Origin: Phoronis australis
Lineage: Eukaryota > Animalia > Phoronida
Direction of reading: 5' to 3'
Assembly (NCBI GenBank): GCA_002633005.1
Contig: NMRA01000044.1
Span: forward strand, 573,195-637,194
Length of the DNA: 64,000 nt
In this document: piece by piece, positions 11,843 through 23,941 of the stretch
Numbering within the stretch: the first letter of the stretch is position 1
Layout: every line of letters starts with the position of its first letter
Program-made: the position numbers and the translations under genes
The notes under the pieces: model-generated
What the model was told of the DNA's origin: nothing
Seen by the model: only the letters and a program-made list of their open reading frames with translations
The model's database searches: none

Positions 11843-13747
11843 AATAGCGAATGTGCAAATCTCAATGCGCATGCCCCACACCAGTTCCTCCCTGTTGCAT
11901 TGTGGGATAGTTTGTATGCCTAGCAGCAGCCATGTGAGAGTTTCTACACAGAAGAGATTATTATATTTCAGCTGCCGTTTTTAATTATTAAGACTAGAAA
12001 CGTATGTTAGAAATTCTCAGTATCGTATTAAAATTATAAATTTTTTTAAAAAATTTGTACAATCCAAGACATGTGCTTATAGTTTACCTGGCTCCGGTAT
12101 CCAATCTCCGTACTCAGACTGGCGAATCATACTCAAACTCACACTTCATACTCACCGCACTTCATTGCCGCCAATTTTTAAAGTCCTTCTTACTACGATT
12201 CCTGGCAACTAGCGAATGCTAATCCCATGTCGATGAGTCATTACAAGGGTCAAAAGAAGCTGTGGGGCGGCGGAGATTTCCGGGATTGAAGTGCGTGTGC
12301 AACTGTTTGTACGGTTTCCTAAGGAAAGTTAATGAAAACAATTTGCTTCCCTGTCAGATTTCACAAAATAGTTTAGTCATCGATAATTCCTCAATCTCCG
12401 AATGATATTCCAGAGTTTTTTTGCCGATTGATGAGTAGACGTCTCGTCCCGTTCACTGATGAACTCTGAATGCCTGCCGTAGTGTTTTTAACTCCGCGCC
12501 AAATGTCAGCTATCTTGATACATCCCTGTAAATTGCAAAGATACAGTATCAAAGTTTTGACATCAGTATAGGCCTACACGGCAATGGGTTGTATGCAAGA
12601 GAGAGCAGGGGTTGACCAGTAACCAAGCAACTGCTGCCCAAATGTCGACTCGGGAGTTTCGGGCTGACGTGGACAATTGGTTTAGGCTACTAGAAAAGAA
12701 CATCACCTCTGGCAATTAATGTACAAACTTTTGAAATTCGACCTCCCGTCAAAGAAAACGTGCAATTCGATCTCTCCCTTAAAAATGTCGGTTGCAAGCC
12801 TGTGATATGGTACCCGACACCCGTACCGGGGTCACCGGCACACCACTGCGTAATGAAAAAGATAATTTCAATATGCCGTCAGTCGTTTGGTGTGACCATG
12901 CCAATTTTAGGAGTAATGAGTCAAGTGTAGGCCGGGAGGAATGACCTCTGACTAAATCAGACACTCATGAGATTTCGGCTGCTCCACTGCGGCCGACTGA
13001 CTAATTTCTTTGATAAGCTGTTTCAAATTTCTTGAGACATTTTCCGGCGGGAGATAATTAAGGAACTCCAAAAGTAAAGCTTAATAATTGGCAAATGTAT
13101 CAAGAAATGGTAGGAGAATATTGTATTGAACAGTTACAGAACACTCAGCATTCCACGTTATACTCCTGTAATTGTAGCGAGAGCTGACGATAACATAGTT
13201 GCTAGAGTAGTCGATGCGAATATAGGGAGCGCTGAATCAGGGCGACTTTTCTTGGTTTTTCATTTCACTTCATACATGTAACTGAAGAGTTTCATAGCAA
13301 TTCGAGTGCGATTCTCAGATTTGAGTACGTTTGGAGTCTGCTCGAAATGTGACATTAAATACGCTTTTTCGAGTAGGCCTACGACTCCAGTGAGCACGAT
13401 TTTGAGTATAAAATCTCGAGTATGAGTATGAGCATGACGGAGATTGCAGACCGGGCTCTGGAGTCATAGTCGACGGATTTGGGGTGTGGCAACGTTGACT
13501 TTGTTCATTTCCAAAACATTTCTATACAGTTGCGTGCTTCCTGCACTAGTTACTGATTCGTTTAATATTAATTTTTGAATAAGAATTCAAATGAAATAAC
13601 TTTATTGGCCGCTTCTGTGCTAAATATTCGTTACAACAACACCCGGCAACACTGTACAAAATCGGTTGTCAAGCGATCGAGGCATACATTTCTCATAATG
13701 CAACTGCGGCGGCAAATTCAAGATGACGGATTGGCACATTCGCTATT
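11843..13747. mobile_element. Non-autonomous TIR DNA element (ISL2EU/Harbinger-like termini)
   Basis: Inverted termini AATAGCGAATGTGCAAATC / GATTGGCACATTCGCTATT. A related copy in the opposite orientation starts at 29636. Confidence 0.75.
12091..13457. mobile_element. PIF/Harbinger-like MITE nested in the 11843-13747 element
   Basis: CTG on both sides (12088-12090, 13458-13460). Termini GCTCCGGTATCCAATCTCCGT / ACGGAGATTGCAGACCGGGCT, with ACTC/GAGT-rich subterminal repeats. Same TIR family as 59316-59716. Confidence 0.7.
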
Positions 13748-14118
13748 TTAAGTGGGCATTCGAAATACATGTGGTATCGAGAACAGCTACTGTGTTTCGT
13801 CTAAAGTTGATGAACTTGATTTCATATTATTCAGTCCAGATGCAGTCTTGCACAGGCGTTATCATAAAACTCAAATATATTTATTCATTTGTATGAGATA
13901 CTAAACCAGAACATATCAAACAAAAGGCATGTTCACACTGGAGACATACCATCCGAGTCTATTTCGTGTACGTGAATGACGTCATGATCTTTCCTCGCGT
14001 TCGGGTCCGCTATGGTTTTTACTGGAGTTTTTGATGAATGGCATCCCATGGTGCTGTAAGCTGAAAGTCTGAAAACGAGTACACATTTTAAAACAGGCAG
14101 AGCTGACATGACTTTTAA

Positions 14119-14432
14119 AGCTGTTGGCCCCGAAATTGGCGAATAAGACCGCTAAAATTCAAAATACACAGAACTGTCCGTGTCATATACAATATGAACT
14201 TTGACCAGAGTTAAAAAATCTCCAATGCCGCCTGTACCTGCATTCTCAAATAACAATCGTGGGAAAAATAACCAATGTCTTTGGACAAATCTGATCCGGT
14301 ATTAGCGTTACAGAAGTTAAGGACTGGCGTCTCTGGGATTTTCTTGTAGCCGCATCAAAGATAATGATTCGTTTCGATCTATTATATTAAAAACGGTTAG
14401 GCGTCTTATTCGCCAATCTTGTGTCCAGCAAC
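14119..14432. mobile_element. TTAA-flanked MITE (Kolobok-like)
   Basis: TTAA on both sides; subterminal inverted repeat ATTGGCGAATAAGAC / GTCTTATTCGCCAAT. Confidence 0.6.
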
Positions 14433-15446
14433 TTAATAATGAAACATGAGCAATGTTTGAGTGAGAATATTCTTGTGTTTGTCAGGGTCATCTCCCAAGG
14501 CGGAAACGAACCCATCCTTTATGTAAAAACATTTTGATTTAGGTCGCTTACTGTATTGAAATTGGTCTCGCCTTGTTCCGTGCTAGGATTATTGATGATT
14601 TCCAGACTTAAAGAGAACTGACCACGTAGGGTTACATCACGAGAATACGTGAGATGTTGCCGTGCATTTTAAACGAGAACACGTGATTTTGGCTAGATTT
14701 TAGCGAGGACCTAGCGTAGGTCCCAGCGTTACTGAACCCTACCCCAGTTATTATTGCTTGAGACTTGGTGTAATGATTTTTATCACGGCGGGTTAGTTTC
14801 AGTCGTCAAAGGTGTATGACGTCAGAGAAATTACAGGGAATTTATTAAAACTACAGATAAGAACGCGATTGCGTTGTTTTGGAAGAGCAACTGCGCATGT
14901 GAAGACATTTACTGAAGCGCAGGCTCATTGATGTCATTTTGTTGCTAAAAATTGCTCATTGAAATTTGCTATTTATTTCTGATGACATTATAGTACTTGC
15001 TTAACGCTGATTAAAAAATATCAGATTTCCAAACCACACGGTAAATTTGTCACCTGGTTTACTACATGTGTACGTCAAAAGAAGCCAAGAATTTGTCAGC
15101 TGGTTGTCGTTGACTCGCTGAAGGTAACACTGCCTTCGTTGATAGCGGGTCGGTCGAAAAAAAGTTCATTGAACTAAATTAAAGCGGAGTAGCATCTTTA
15201 ATTTGGTGGGGATGCCCATGTTTAATTATGTTTCGCACGGTGTAGTAGCAATAGACGCCATGTTAAAAATCATTCTCGATATTTAGTTAGCGTCAAAATG
15301 ACCCTCTTTATTATTTAGGATGGGCAGAAGAGAGATAAATGATTCTTGAGTTTGAGCTTAGTTTCGTCTCCGACTCTCTGCTGGGTTGAATTTCTCAAAT
15401 TTGATTTGACCTAATGCTGTGTTCTCTGTTTGTAACTTTGAATACT

Positions 15447-15596
15447 CAGCGGCGGATCCAGGATTTTGAGTTAGGTGGGAAGGGGGTAGGGCAGAGTATT
15501 ATCCAGGATTTTGCAAGTCAGACATTCGCACCCCCATACTGCCAAATGGAATCTGGGAGAATTTTAGGGCCCCCTTGACCACCGAATCCGCCACTC
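15447..15596. mobile_element. GC-rich MITE with 5-bp TSD (ATACT), hAT5-like
   Basis: Termini CAGCGGCGGAT / ATCCGCCACTC; ATACT on both sides. Confidence 0.75.
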
Positions 15597-17199
15597 ATAC
15601 TCACCCATCACCATTCCAATTTCAGACTTAAAATAGGATAAAATTAAGGCATGTTTCAGTGACTGAAAAACATGGTACAGCTCGGAAATCATATCAAGGG
15701 CAATCTTGCAAATCGTATGCCACATTACTTACAAACAGCAAATATGTTTCTTGCATTTCGGGATCAAAACTTATTTCCGACCCTAAAAGAAATTCGGCCA
15801 GTGACTCGTAAAAAGCTTCAAATTCGATACTGACCGGGTTAGCCAATCTTTCAAAAATCAATTTCTTTGGACGGTAAATAATTTTTGAGACCACATTATT
15901 GGAGTTAGCAACCTAGTTTCGGATTTTCATTTTTAGTTCGTAAGTGCGACTTAACAAAGAAATGACCTGATTCATTGAGCCGGCACAACTCACCTGCTTT
16001 AAATTGGCTCTTATCCCTTGAGTCTATTGCAAAAACTGGCAATTCTCTTATGTCCTTGTTTTAATTGCACAGATGACTGTTGTAACAACAGTATTTGATA
16101 ATTCACCAATTAACAGCCTTGCGACCGTCATGATGTGCGAAATATGTAAGACAAATACAGAGATTACATAAAATAAATAACTAGGATTAGTCAGATTTCC
16201 TAATCGAGCATTTGTACAGCGACCCACATTCACAACGTTTACAAACATTGAATACGTCATAGTGACCCGCCGAAGGAGCGAGTTCCGTAGACGCAAGAGT
16301 AGTAACCGAATTGGCCACCCTCACAGGAGCACAGATCAGTTTTCACCGGGCTTTGCCTGGTAGTGCTCGAGTCACTGGATTTGCTGCCTTTCTTCCACTC
16401 TGTTAAGAGCTACACATGACCATAGAAACTTCACCCCGTCTCGTATTTTTGACTTTTTCACTTTCACTGAAAAGGAAGGAAAGCTTCGAAAAACGATGGG
16501 AAAAAACGTACAACTGACAGTTTTCAGCCGAAAACCACCACTTCCCTGCCAACACTAGATACGGAAAGCAAATAGGTTCCAAAAGTATGACCAAAATGCT
16601 ATCATCTATTTGCAGCTCTGGGTTGTTTGAGGCTACAGTGAAATTGCATCATATTTCTCAATCGCTGCACAGAAACACCACAACTTGAATGCCATAGTGG
16701 CCGCCATTTTGACGAAAGTATATGTATAGCCGAATTAGGAGACTTTTCTCACTCCCAACACTCCTAACCTACGTCAAAAATGCCGCCAAACCTGGCCTAC
16801 CCCAACTATTTAATTTCTGTGCAATGCAAATTTTCCACGGCTATGTCATCTAATGGTACAGTGTCACCAAAAGAAAGAGGGAAAGTTTTTTGGATTAACA
16901 AATAAAACTCACACTGCGAGAGTGTTAAAGGTGTTACATTTCGGGTGCTTTTACAATTTTGTTTTTCTGTAAGTATGTAAAACGCACTAAGTCAGTTTCG
17001 GCCACATTTGGAGTTGAGTACGCAACCTACGCCACGTGTTAGTGATATTTCACAGTCAAAAAGTAAACCACGGTAACCACATTTAAAAGCTGCCAACACT
17101 TCTGTCAACTTCAAATTCTGACACGGTTTATGCGTCCTAGACCAAAATGGCTAGCTACGTTTGTTCATTCAATAGGATATTAAATGCCTCCATTTTTGG

Positions 17200-17720
17200 G
17201 GCAAATGCCACCCTCCTTCGTCTCCCTTCTGATGAACACACAGAAGTCTTTTGCCACTCTACTGGCCAGGAAAATTTTCGTCGCAGGATCAAAAATTTCC
17301 TTGCATTATTAAAACCTCATAAAACTCACAAAATCTGGTGGCGCTGCGTCAACGCAGTGGCTTGCGAAGAGAAAGATCCCGGGGTTGAATCCCAATGCGA
17401 TCTCTATAGTACTTCAGCAAAAGTTTTTCAAAGGAATCAAGAGGGTGTTGCCATAGCTGCGGTCAATGTCGACTCCGAAATATTGACCTCTGACGTGTAA
17501 TCTGTCCAAATCATATAATACCAATTCACATCAACCACTATTTGATTTCTCATCACTGTGCTATGGCAAATGACCAAGAAATTTTACAAGAATGATGTTA
17601 TGAATAACAATCAGACCGATATTAGACACATGGTGATTTATCGCCAGTCTGATATGAATTCATATCATATCAACCATATGGGAAAGGCAGCTGCAATGTC
17701 ATTTGTAATCAACAGGTTGG
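17200..17720 (+). mobile_element. Possible highly decayed Crypton-type tyrosine recombinase remnant
   Basis: Fragments FCHSTGQENFR, LSKSYNTNSH and DIRHMV are loosely collinear with the Crypton motifs FxRRGRENLR, LSxxYTNHS and RHIM. The match is weak. Confidence 0.3.
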
Positions 17721-18112
17721 CGTTCTCAGTAGACCTATATTGTGTTACACGCAGACTGCATGAATTCCAAAAATGGCTTCGTACATTTTTTGGGAAAGGT
17801 TTTCGCTCGAGAGCCATTTATGCTGGACAAACAGAATTTGAGAATCAATGCAAAATGTTGCTACATATTAAATTCAACAGGGAAATGGTGAGAAAATAAT
17901 AACTCGAATAGGGTATTGTTTCTCATGACACACTGCACTTAGTGTTGGTTTTGATAAAAGGGGTATCTTACCCCCAAAACAACTTTATTTCAATCAGTTC
18001 TGGAGGGTCGATATGACCACTCCTACTTTGCGGCAAAGGTCTTTGGTAAGCGGTTCTCATGTGTCATTGTTCTAAATTTGGGTTTGATGTCATTTTGGCT
18101 GCTTTAGCTTAG

Positions 18113-18260
18113 GCGCATTCAGGGGGCGGGGGGGGGGGGGGGGNNNNNNNNNNNNNNNNNNNNNNNNNNNNNNNNNNNNNNNNNNNGGGCTCGGGGGGCT
18201 CGAATGAGCCCCCAATTTGGCGAATTGGGTGAAATGTTCGGAAACAAAAACCTACAAAAT
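18113..18260. mobile_element. GC-rich MITE fragment spanning an assembly gap
   Basis: GCGCATTCAGGGG...GGGCTCGAATGAGCCCCCAATTTGG resembles the element at 34942-35182. Confidence 0.55.
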
Positions 18261-19614
18261 CCACAGGAATTCTACGCAGATGCACAATACGCAGGCCTGA
18301 ACCTACTGGCCCGTTTTTTTAGTTAGTTTAGTCTTCGTTGATTTTTTGTCATTAAAAGGAGTCAGGAAGAATTGATAAGAGAACAGTGAAAGGTAACTCA
18401 GCGACCACCAAGCACTTGACAAGGATCCAATCTCCGAGTTCAAGGACATCCATTCTCCGACACTAGCTTTGATAAGCTTGTTAAGTTGTGTTATTGCGTG
18501 ACTGTTCGCGTGTTCTCGCTGACTGCGGAATCAACAAACCGAAACGTTACAATCCAACCCTCAACGGTGACCCCAGGTAATGCACAAAAGAATTACCGGC
18601 TAACGTAATGAAACTCAAAGCTAAAACTTGAATTTACCACTAAAAAAAAACTTTGACATCAGGAGAAATTCAAAATTTTGCTAACAAACCGTAAACACAC
18701 TGAATTGTTTTTCAATGGCAGAGAACCATTTTGAATAATGCAATTTAGCCTGTTTTTCGCATTTCATTCCTCTTTAAGTGAAATTAATGGCGAATACTTT
18801 AGACAGTTTCTTATCTCCAAAACAGCGTCGCAAATGATACAAATAGAAACAATTGGTGAGAGGAACTACATATGTTTTTGATAAACGTACAGAGGTCACA
18901 CCTCCTGTTTGTGCATTTATTGTTCTCACGACTGTTGTTGGAGATAAAGATTTCCTGTTTTGACACAACTTATTAAAAGAGAAATTCCTTTTAAGTCAAT
19001 TATGATAATATATAAAACGCAAATACTGGCCTATTTGTTTACTATACAAACAGTACGTGCTGATACGGCCATTCAGTATATGTGCTACATGTATGCACCG
19101 ATAACACACACAAGATCTACTTTCCATATAATTACCGGTTACTCCTTGTTAAAACTCGGGAAAATGACAAGAAATCATGATGGTTATTTTGCTGCGGCGA
19201 AAGTGAACGCTTGTATCGTCTCTATATTATATCTACACTGTTGTCACAAAATGCAAAATGCAATTATGAACAAAATTAATACTTGAAAAGTAGCAACATA
19301 GTTCACTGAAGTTAATGAAACTAAGAATGAAAACTTGTTAAAAATACTCAAAATTAATCCAGGATCGAGTACCCATCGCATTTGTGAGCATGTCTCGTGA
19401 AATTAGACTTAGCACTGGACTTTAAAAGCGACTCGACATGTCAAAGGCTCATTGCTCTTTGATTTACAATAAGTTTATACGTCTACAAAGTAAACTAGAA
19501 GTGCAGATTCGTCAATGAGATTGCCGGTATAAAACATTTTGTAAGGCAACCTGTTGGCCACATCACGTGACCTAATGAACATCAGATAGAAAAGATTTCC
19601 GGCGTGGAAACGGA

Positions 19615-19815
19615 TAAAAAATTATTTGTAATCTATGTCTCAACGCCGGATCAATATGTACATATTCACGGACACTCACGAGTTTATGGGTGGGATGCCC
19701 AGTGCTAAGTCTGGTTGGACTTCTGTGTTCGACCAGTATTACCGATGACTCAGTGGTCTGGAGTGTCTGCACGGTTGGTAGAAGGTCCCGGGTTCGAGCT
19801 CCGGTCGTTGAGTCA
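19615..19815 (+). mobile_element. Diverged relative of the 2970-3213 tRNA-like element
   Basis: A box GACTCAGTGGTC and B box GGTTCGAGC. The ~100 nt upstream (ATATGTAC...TATGGG..GATGC...AAGTCTGG...TTCTGT) align with the reverse complement of 3115-3210. Confidence 0.6.
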
Positions 19816-20854
19816 CGTGATGCGGCCAACAGGTGACGTGCAAACAAGACTTAGAAATATTTGTACTCGATGTTTCCAAGCCGGTTCTAGATTTACATAT
19901 ATTGTATTCATGTCCATCGATGATTCTTGTCAACTTGGAGTAGTCACTGGCGGATTTATAATGTAGCACGGAGGGCAACCACAGTTTCGGCTCCCTAAAT
20001 CAGTCTAAATTGATGTTTCGGTGTATTTTGACGTAAATTGATGCAGTTTGTCAACGATAGCAGAGAACTAAAATTAAAACTGATCGCTTGTACCGACTAA
20101 TTGTTGCTCAATGAGTATGTCTAGAATAACCAGAAACTCGTTCTTTAATCAAAATGATGCTGAAAAGGATTGTTTCACCTTTTCATAAATCGCATGAACC
20201 CAGTTTTGCAAGTGATTGATTCAAGTATTATTTTATCCTCACTTCTACACTTATAAAAACGCAAAATTCTTCTACGTATTTCCAATGTTATTGGTAATTA
20301 CTCTTCAAATGGAAGTGTTGAAATTGATATGTCGATAACACGTGTTTTTGCTACCTGCTTTGACAGTAAAAGATTAATGTACTTATATTTCGGGTCCAAA
20401 GTTCGAAGGACTATTGACCCTTTGGACTAAAAGAAGCAGGCAGACTCAGATTATTTTCATTGTTATTTTACCAGTTAATCAGAAGAGCCTATAGTCTGAA
20501 GGGCCTTTGGTCCGGAAGACAGATATTTCGAAATGTCTTAGATGGTTTTTCGAATAATGATAACCTCTCTTGGTCGATAGCCCGATGAGTCATTGAAATG
20601 AAGAGTCATTTGTCCGAAGGACCGATTGTTTAAGCCTGAAAAGTATACCAAGGTGCTTTTAATTAAAATAGTAATCAATGCATTACATTTTTTTATTTTA
20701 CCATATAGAAAACAAAAAGGCGTTTTGACACAATCGAGAGATTGTTTTTAAAATGGGAATAAGAAAGTTTATACCACAATATTAGCGTCAAATGGCAGAT
20801 ACAACCGTGTAATAACCCACAAAGTTATCTCACTAGTGAGATAACGATTTGGCG

Positions 20855-20930
20855 GGAAACCGAGGACGGAGTCGAACCAGGGACCTTGAGTTTGATAGTC
20901 GCCGACCTTAACCACTACACCACGCAGCGG
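20855..20930 (-). mobile_element. tRNA-derived (SINE-like) cassette
   Basis: The minus strand reads GTGGTGTAGTGGTTAAG (A box) ... GGTTCGACTCC (B box). The stems are poorly paired, so it is not a functional tRNA. Confidence 0.65.
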
Positions 20931-21150
20931 CTGACGTCATCAAGAGTGAAAATAGAATACTTAAATGAGCACGCGCAATAATCGCACGTTCAACAAACCG
21001 CATTGTACTGTACTTATACGCTACGAAAAATAAGACACATAATTTCCATAAAAACGATATCTTAATTCAGTGAAATTTTTCTCTCATGTCCNAGAGTCAG
21101 AAAAGGTAAATCGATTCATTGCAATGTTTCTCGTTTAGCATGTGGTATAA

Positions 21151-21314
21151 ATAGATTATTACATGTTCTCAGCCGTTATCCCCCTTATCTAGAGCCCTCG
21201 TGGATTTTGGAGAATTATCACCCTCGGGGCTAACGCCCCTCGGGCGATAATTCTCCAAAATCCACTCGGGCTCTAGATAACGGGGGATAACGACTTCGCC
21301 ATGTAATAATCTAT
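21151..21314. repeat. 164-bp foldback (near-perfect palindrome) element
   Basis: Arms ATAGATTATTACATG..GTTATCCCCC..TTATCTAGAGCCC..GTGGATTTTGGAGAATTATC are mirrored around a short loop near 21230. Confidence 0.92.
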
Positions 21315-22726
21315 ATTTAGCCTAATGTAGTCGGAAATACGCAACAAGCCTGAATTCGCACGAAATAGACGGAGGTGCGAAAACGGTAAATAGATAAGTA
21401 AGCTGAAACGTTGTCAATTTTGGAATATTTTCCCTCTGGACCACAGGACCTTCGATCTATGGGCCCTTAAGACAATTTCATTTTGGACTAAGATTATCGA
21501 CCCGACCCAATACTAACTATATGCAGCCTTGCCCAATTGTGAAAACACACATTTCGAATTATTTTTAAACATACAAAAAAGTAATATTAAGTGCTTGCCA
21601 CTTCCTGTCAGTCATGAGATACAAAGTATTCGCTGTCATTGGATGAAAATTGAAAACAGCCGTGCTGAGGGAAAAGCTACATAGGGCTCGAGTGTCGTTT
21701 CCCACAATGCCAGTAGGGTATGCAAAAGTTCACGTAGCTCGCTTGATAAAAGATTACGTTGGTGGCCTATTGACAGTAGTTGCGCACAAGCTTTGCTCAT
21801 TTGCTGAAGAAATATCATCTTGTTACTGGTAAGAATTTAATTAATCAAATCAACCAAATTCGTCCGACAGATTTATACCTTTCTTTCGCCCTGTTTAACT
21901 GGCTCAAACGAAAATTGAATTAGGTCTTTCTTTACTCTCATAAAACCAATCTCCCAATACTCCTTCCCATTACCTACAAGAGCATCGAAACCATCACCAA
22001 TTTAAGAATTCATTGTCCTAACCTAAAACTGCGGATTCAAAAATGGCGTATGTGCGCATCGCCTGTGACTTGAGGTACCGGCCTCTTCGGTAATAATTCA
22101 AGATCAAATGAACGTGGTAATGCTTTTGAAACCCAAAGCGCTTCCTTTAAAAATTCAGCATTGCCAGAAAAACATTGTAGCTTTGAAGAATTTTACTTTT
22201 AATTAGGTGCCACTAGTCAGTTCAACATTTCAGCTAACGTCCAATTATCTGGACAGTGCGTCGATATATAGCTAAAGAATCACAAGTTGAGTTTTTATAT
22301 ACCAAGGTCTGTGAAATGCGTTCCTGATATGTGAGTTGGGATCTTTCCGTCAATGGCTAGAGTTTGAATGTCATTAATGTGCACCAATAGTTCGTTGCTC
22401 ACTAACTTGTTTCAAGCCTGCATTTGTTGCAAATAAAACTCAATCGTTTTTACTTAAGTTTATACCACCTCATGATTCACTAATTTTACGTAGAGTAACC
22501 CAAAGCAAGCATATTTGCAATTTAGACAAGCAGCTTAGTTTTTAAACCTAACTTTTGATAAAGCATTATAGGACACAATCTGTTTTATGGTCGTAAAAAC
22601 GTAGGGATTGTTTTTGGGTAAGATAACTTGAAACTATTAGCTTTGAGCTGAGCTAAGAAGCATCAAAATCTGTTGAGTTTTTGTGATTCTTATGAACGCT
22701 AACAATGAAACATGCACATGTGCTAC

Positions 22727-23420
22727 TAGTCTAGGAGCCAGGGGTCTGAACCTGGATTTGCCGAATAATGATTTTTCTTTACTGGTACGTGGGGTCTAGG
22801 GTTAATTTAACCATGATTTAGGATGTATCCGTTCGCAACCCTTGAGCATTTTTTAAATATGCAAATTATGCAAAATTCTATTTTTGGTTATAATTTCCTT
22901 ACCAAGCACTGCAGGCAGTAGATTTTGGTGTTTTCACCGATTTTTATGAGCAGCAAATTTAAAAGTACAATTTTTTGGTTGATACGTCCTCAATTTGCAT
23001 AATTTATGCAAACAAATGCCGCTATTATTCAAAATTCGTTTTGTGCTTATAGCTAAGGTACCAGGCACACCAGACGAACTATCATGATATTTGCACCTAC
23101 ATGTATATTCTTATGGTCAGTTAGCTTAATGATTTCCATTTGCATGTTGTTACATGATAAATTTGCACAACTAATGCAAATTTTTATAACTAATGCAAAT
23201 TAAGGCTGTCATTATTCAAAATTCTACTTGTGCTTTTAGCTGCAGTACCAAACGCACCGGGTAAGCTATCATGATATTTGAACCTATGTTCCTACGGTCA
23301 ATTACGTTAATGAATTCAGTCTCCGTAATTTATGCAAATAAAGATTACCATTATTAAAATTCGGTTTCTGCAAGTAACATTCTTACGGGGGGTGGGCACT
23401 ACATGTAGATTATTTTGGTA
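22727..23420 (+). mobile_element. Element with ~160-bp degenerate internal tandem repeats rich in ATGCAAAT (Helentron/HINE-like architecture)
   Basis: Repeated TTATTCAAAAT / ATGCAAAT units. Homologous in reverse orientation to 38590-40604, with shared end TAGTC.GGAGCCA and GTTCGCAACCCTT. Confidence 0.65.
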
Positions 23421-23431
23421 TTTGTACTGAC

Positions 23432-23941
23432 AGCGTTTTCCCGTTCAGTGACTTTACCAGACGAAGGGGGCTCTGAGCATATGTGATAACCTAGCTTCTT
23501 TGTTAACTGCCAAGCCAAGCCTTTTGTCCATTATGACAACAGACAGGCCAATTATCTACCAGGCTTATTACATACAACGTGCGAATACCGTCAAACCCAG
23601 AGCGAATTGCTACATTCAGAAATATTAGATTATCGTAACTTCGGTTGCAATTGGGCGATTTTGGCGATTCAAAAACTAAACATGATCACCATTAGACGAG
23701 GATTTCAAAAATGCTATTGGTTTATGTTCAAATATATTATAACTTTGATTCTTAACAGCACAACTCAGTCAGGCTAGATATGATCTTCTTGAAGATTAGA
23801 GCAAATATAGAACAAAAGAGAGCTGGCCCTCCAACCATGAATGCCAGAATGGAGTTAATCAGTCATGGAAGATATTAGCTACGGGTAAAACTTGTTGTTG
23901 GGCTATAGAATTGAACAAGTTGGGAGCAACGGGAAAACGCC
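23432..23941. mobile_element. ~510-bp MITE, copy 1
   Basis: Termini GCGTTTTCCCGTT / AACGGGAAAACGC; collinear over its full length with 26648-27166. Confidence 0.85.
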
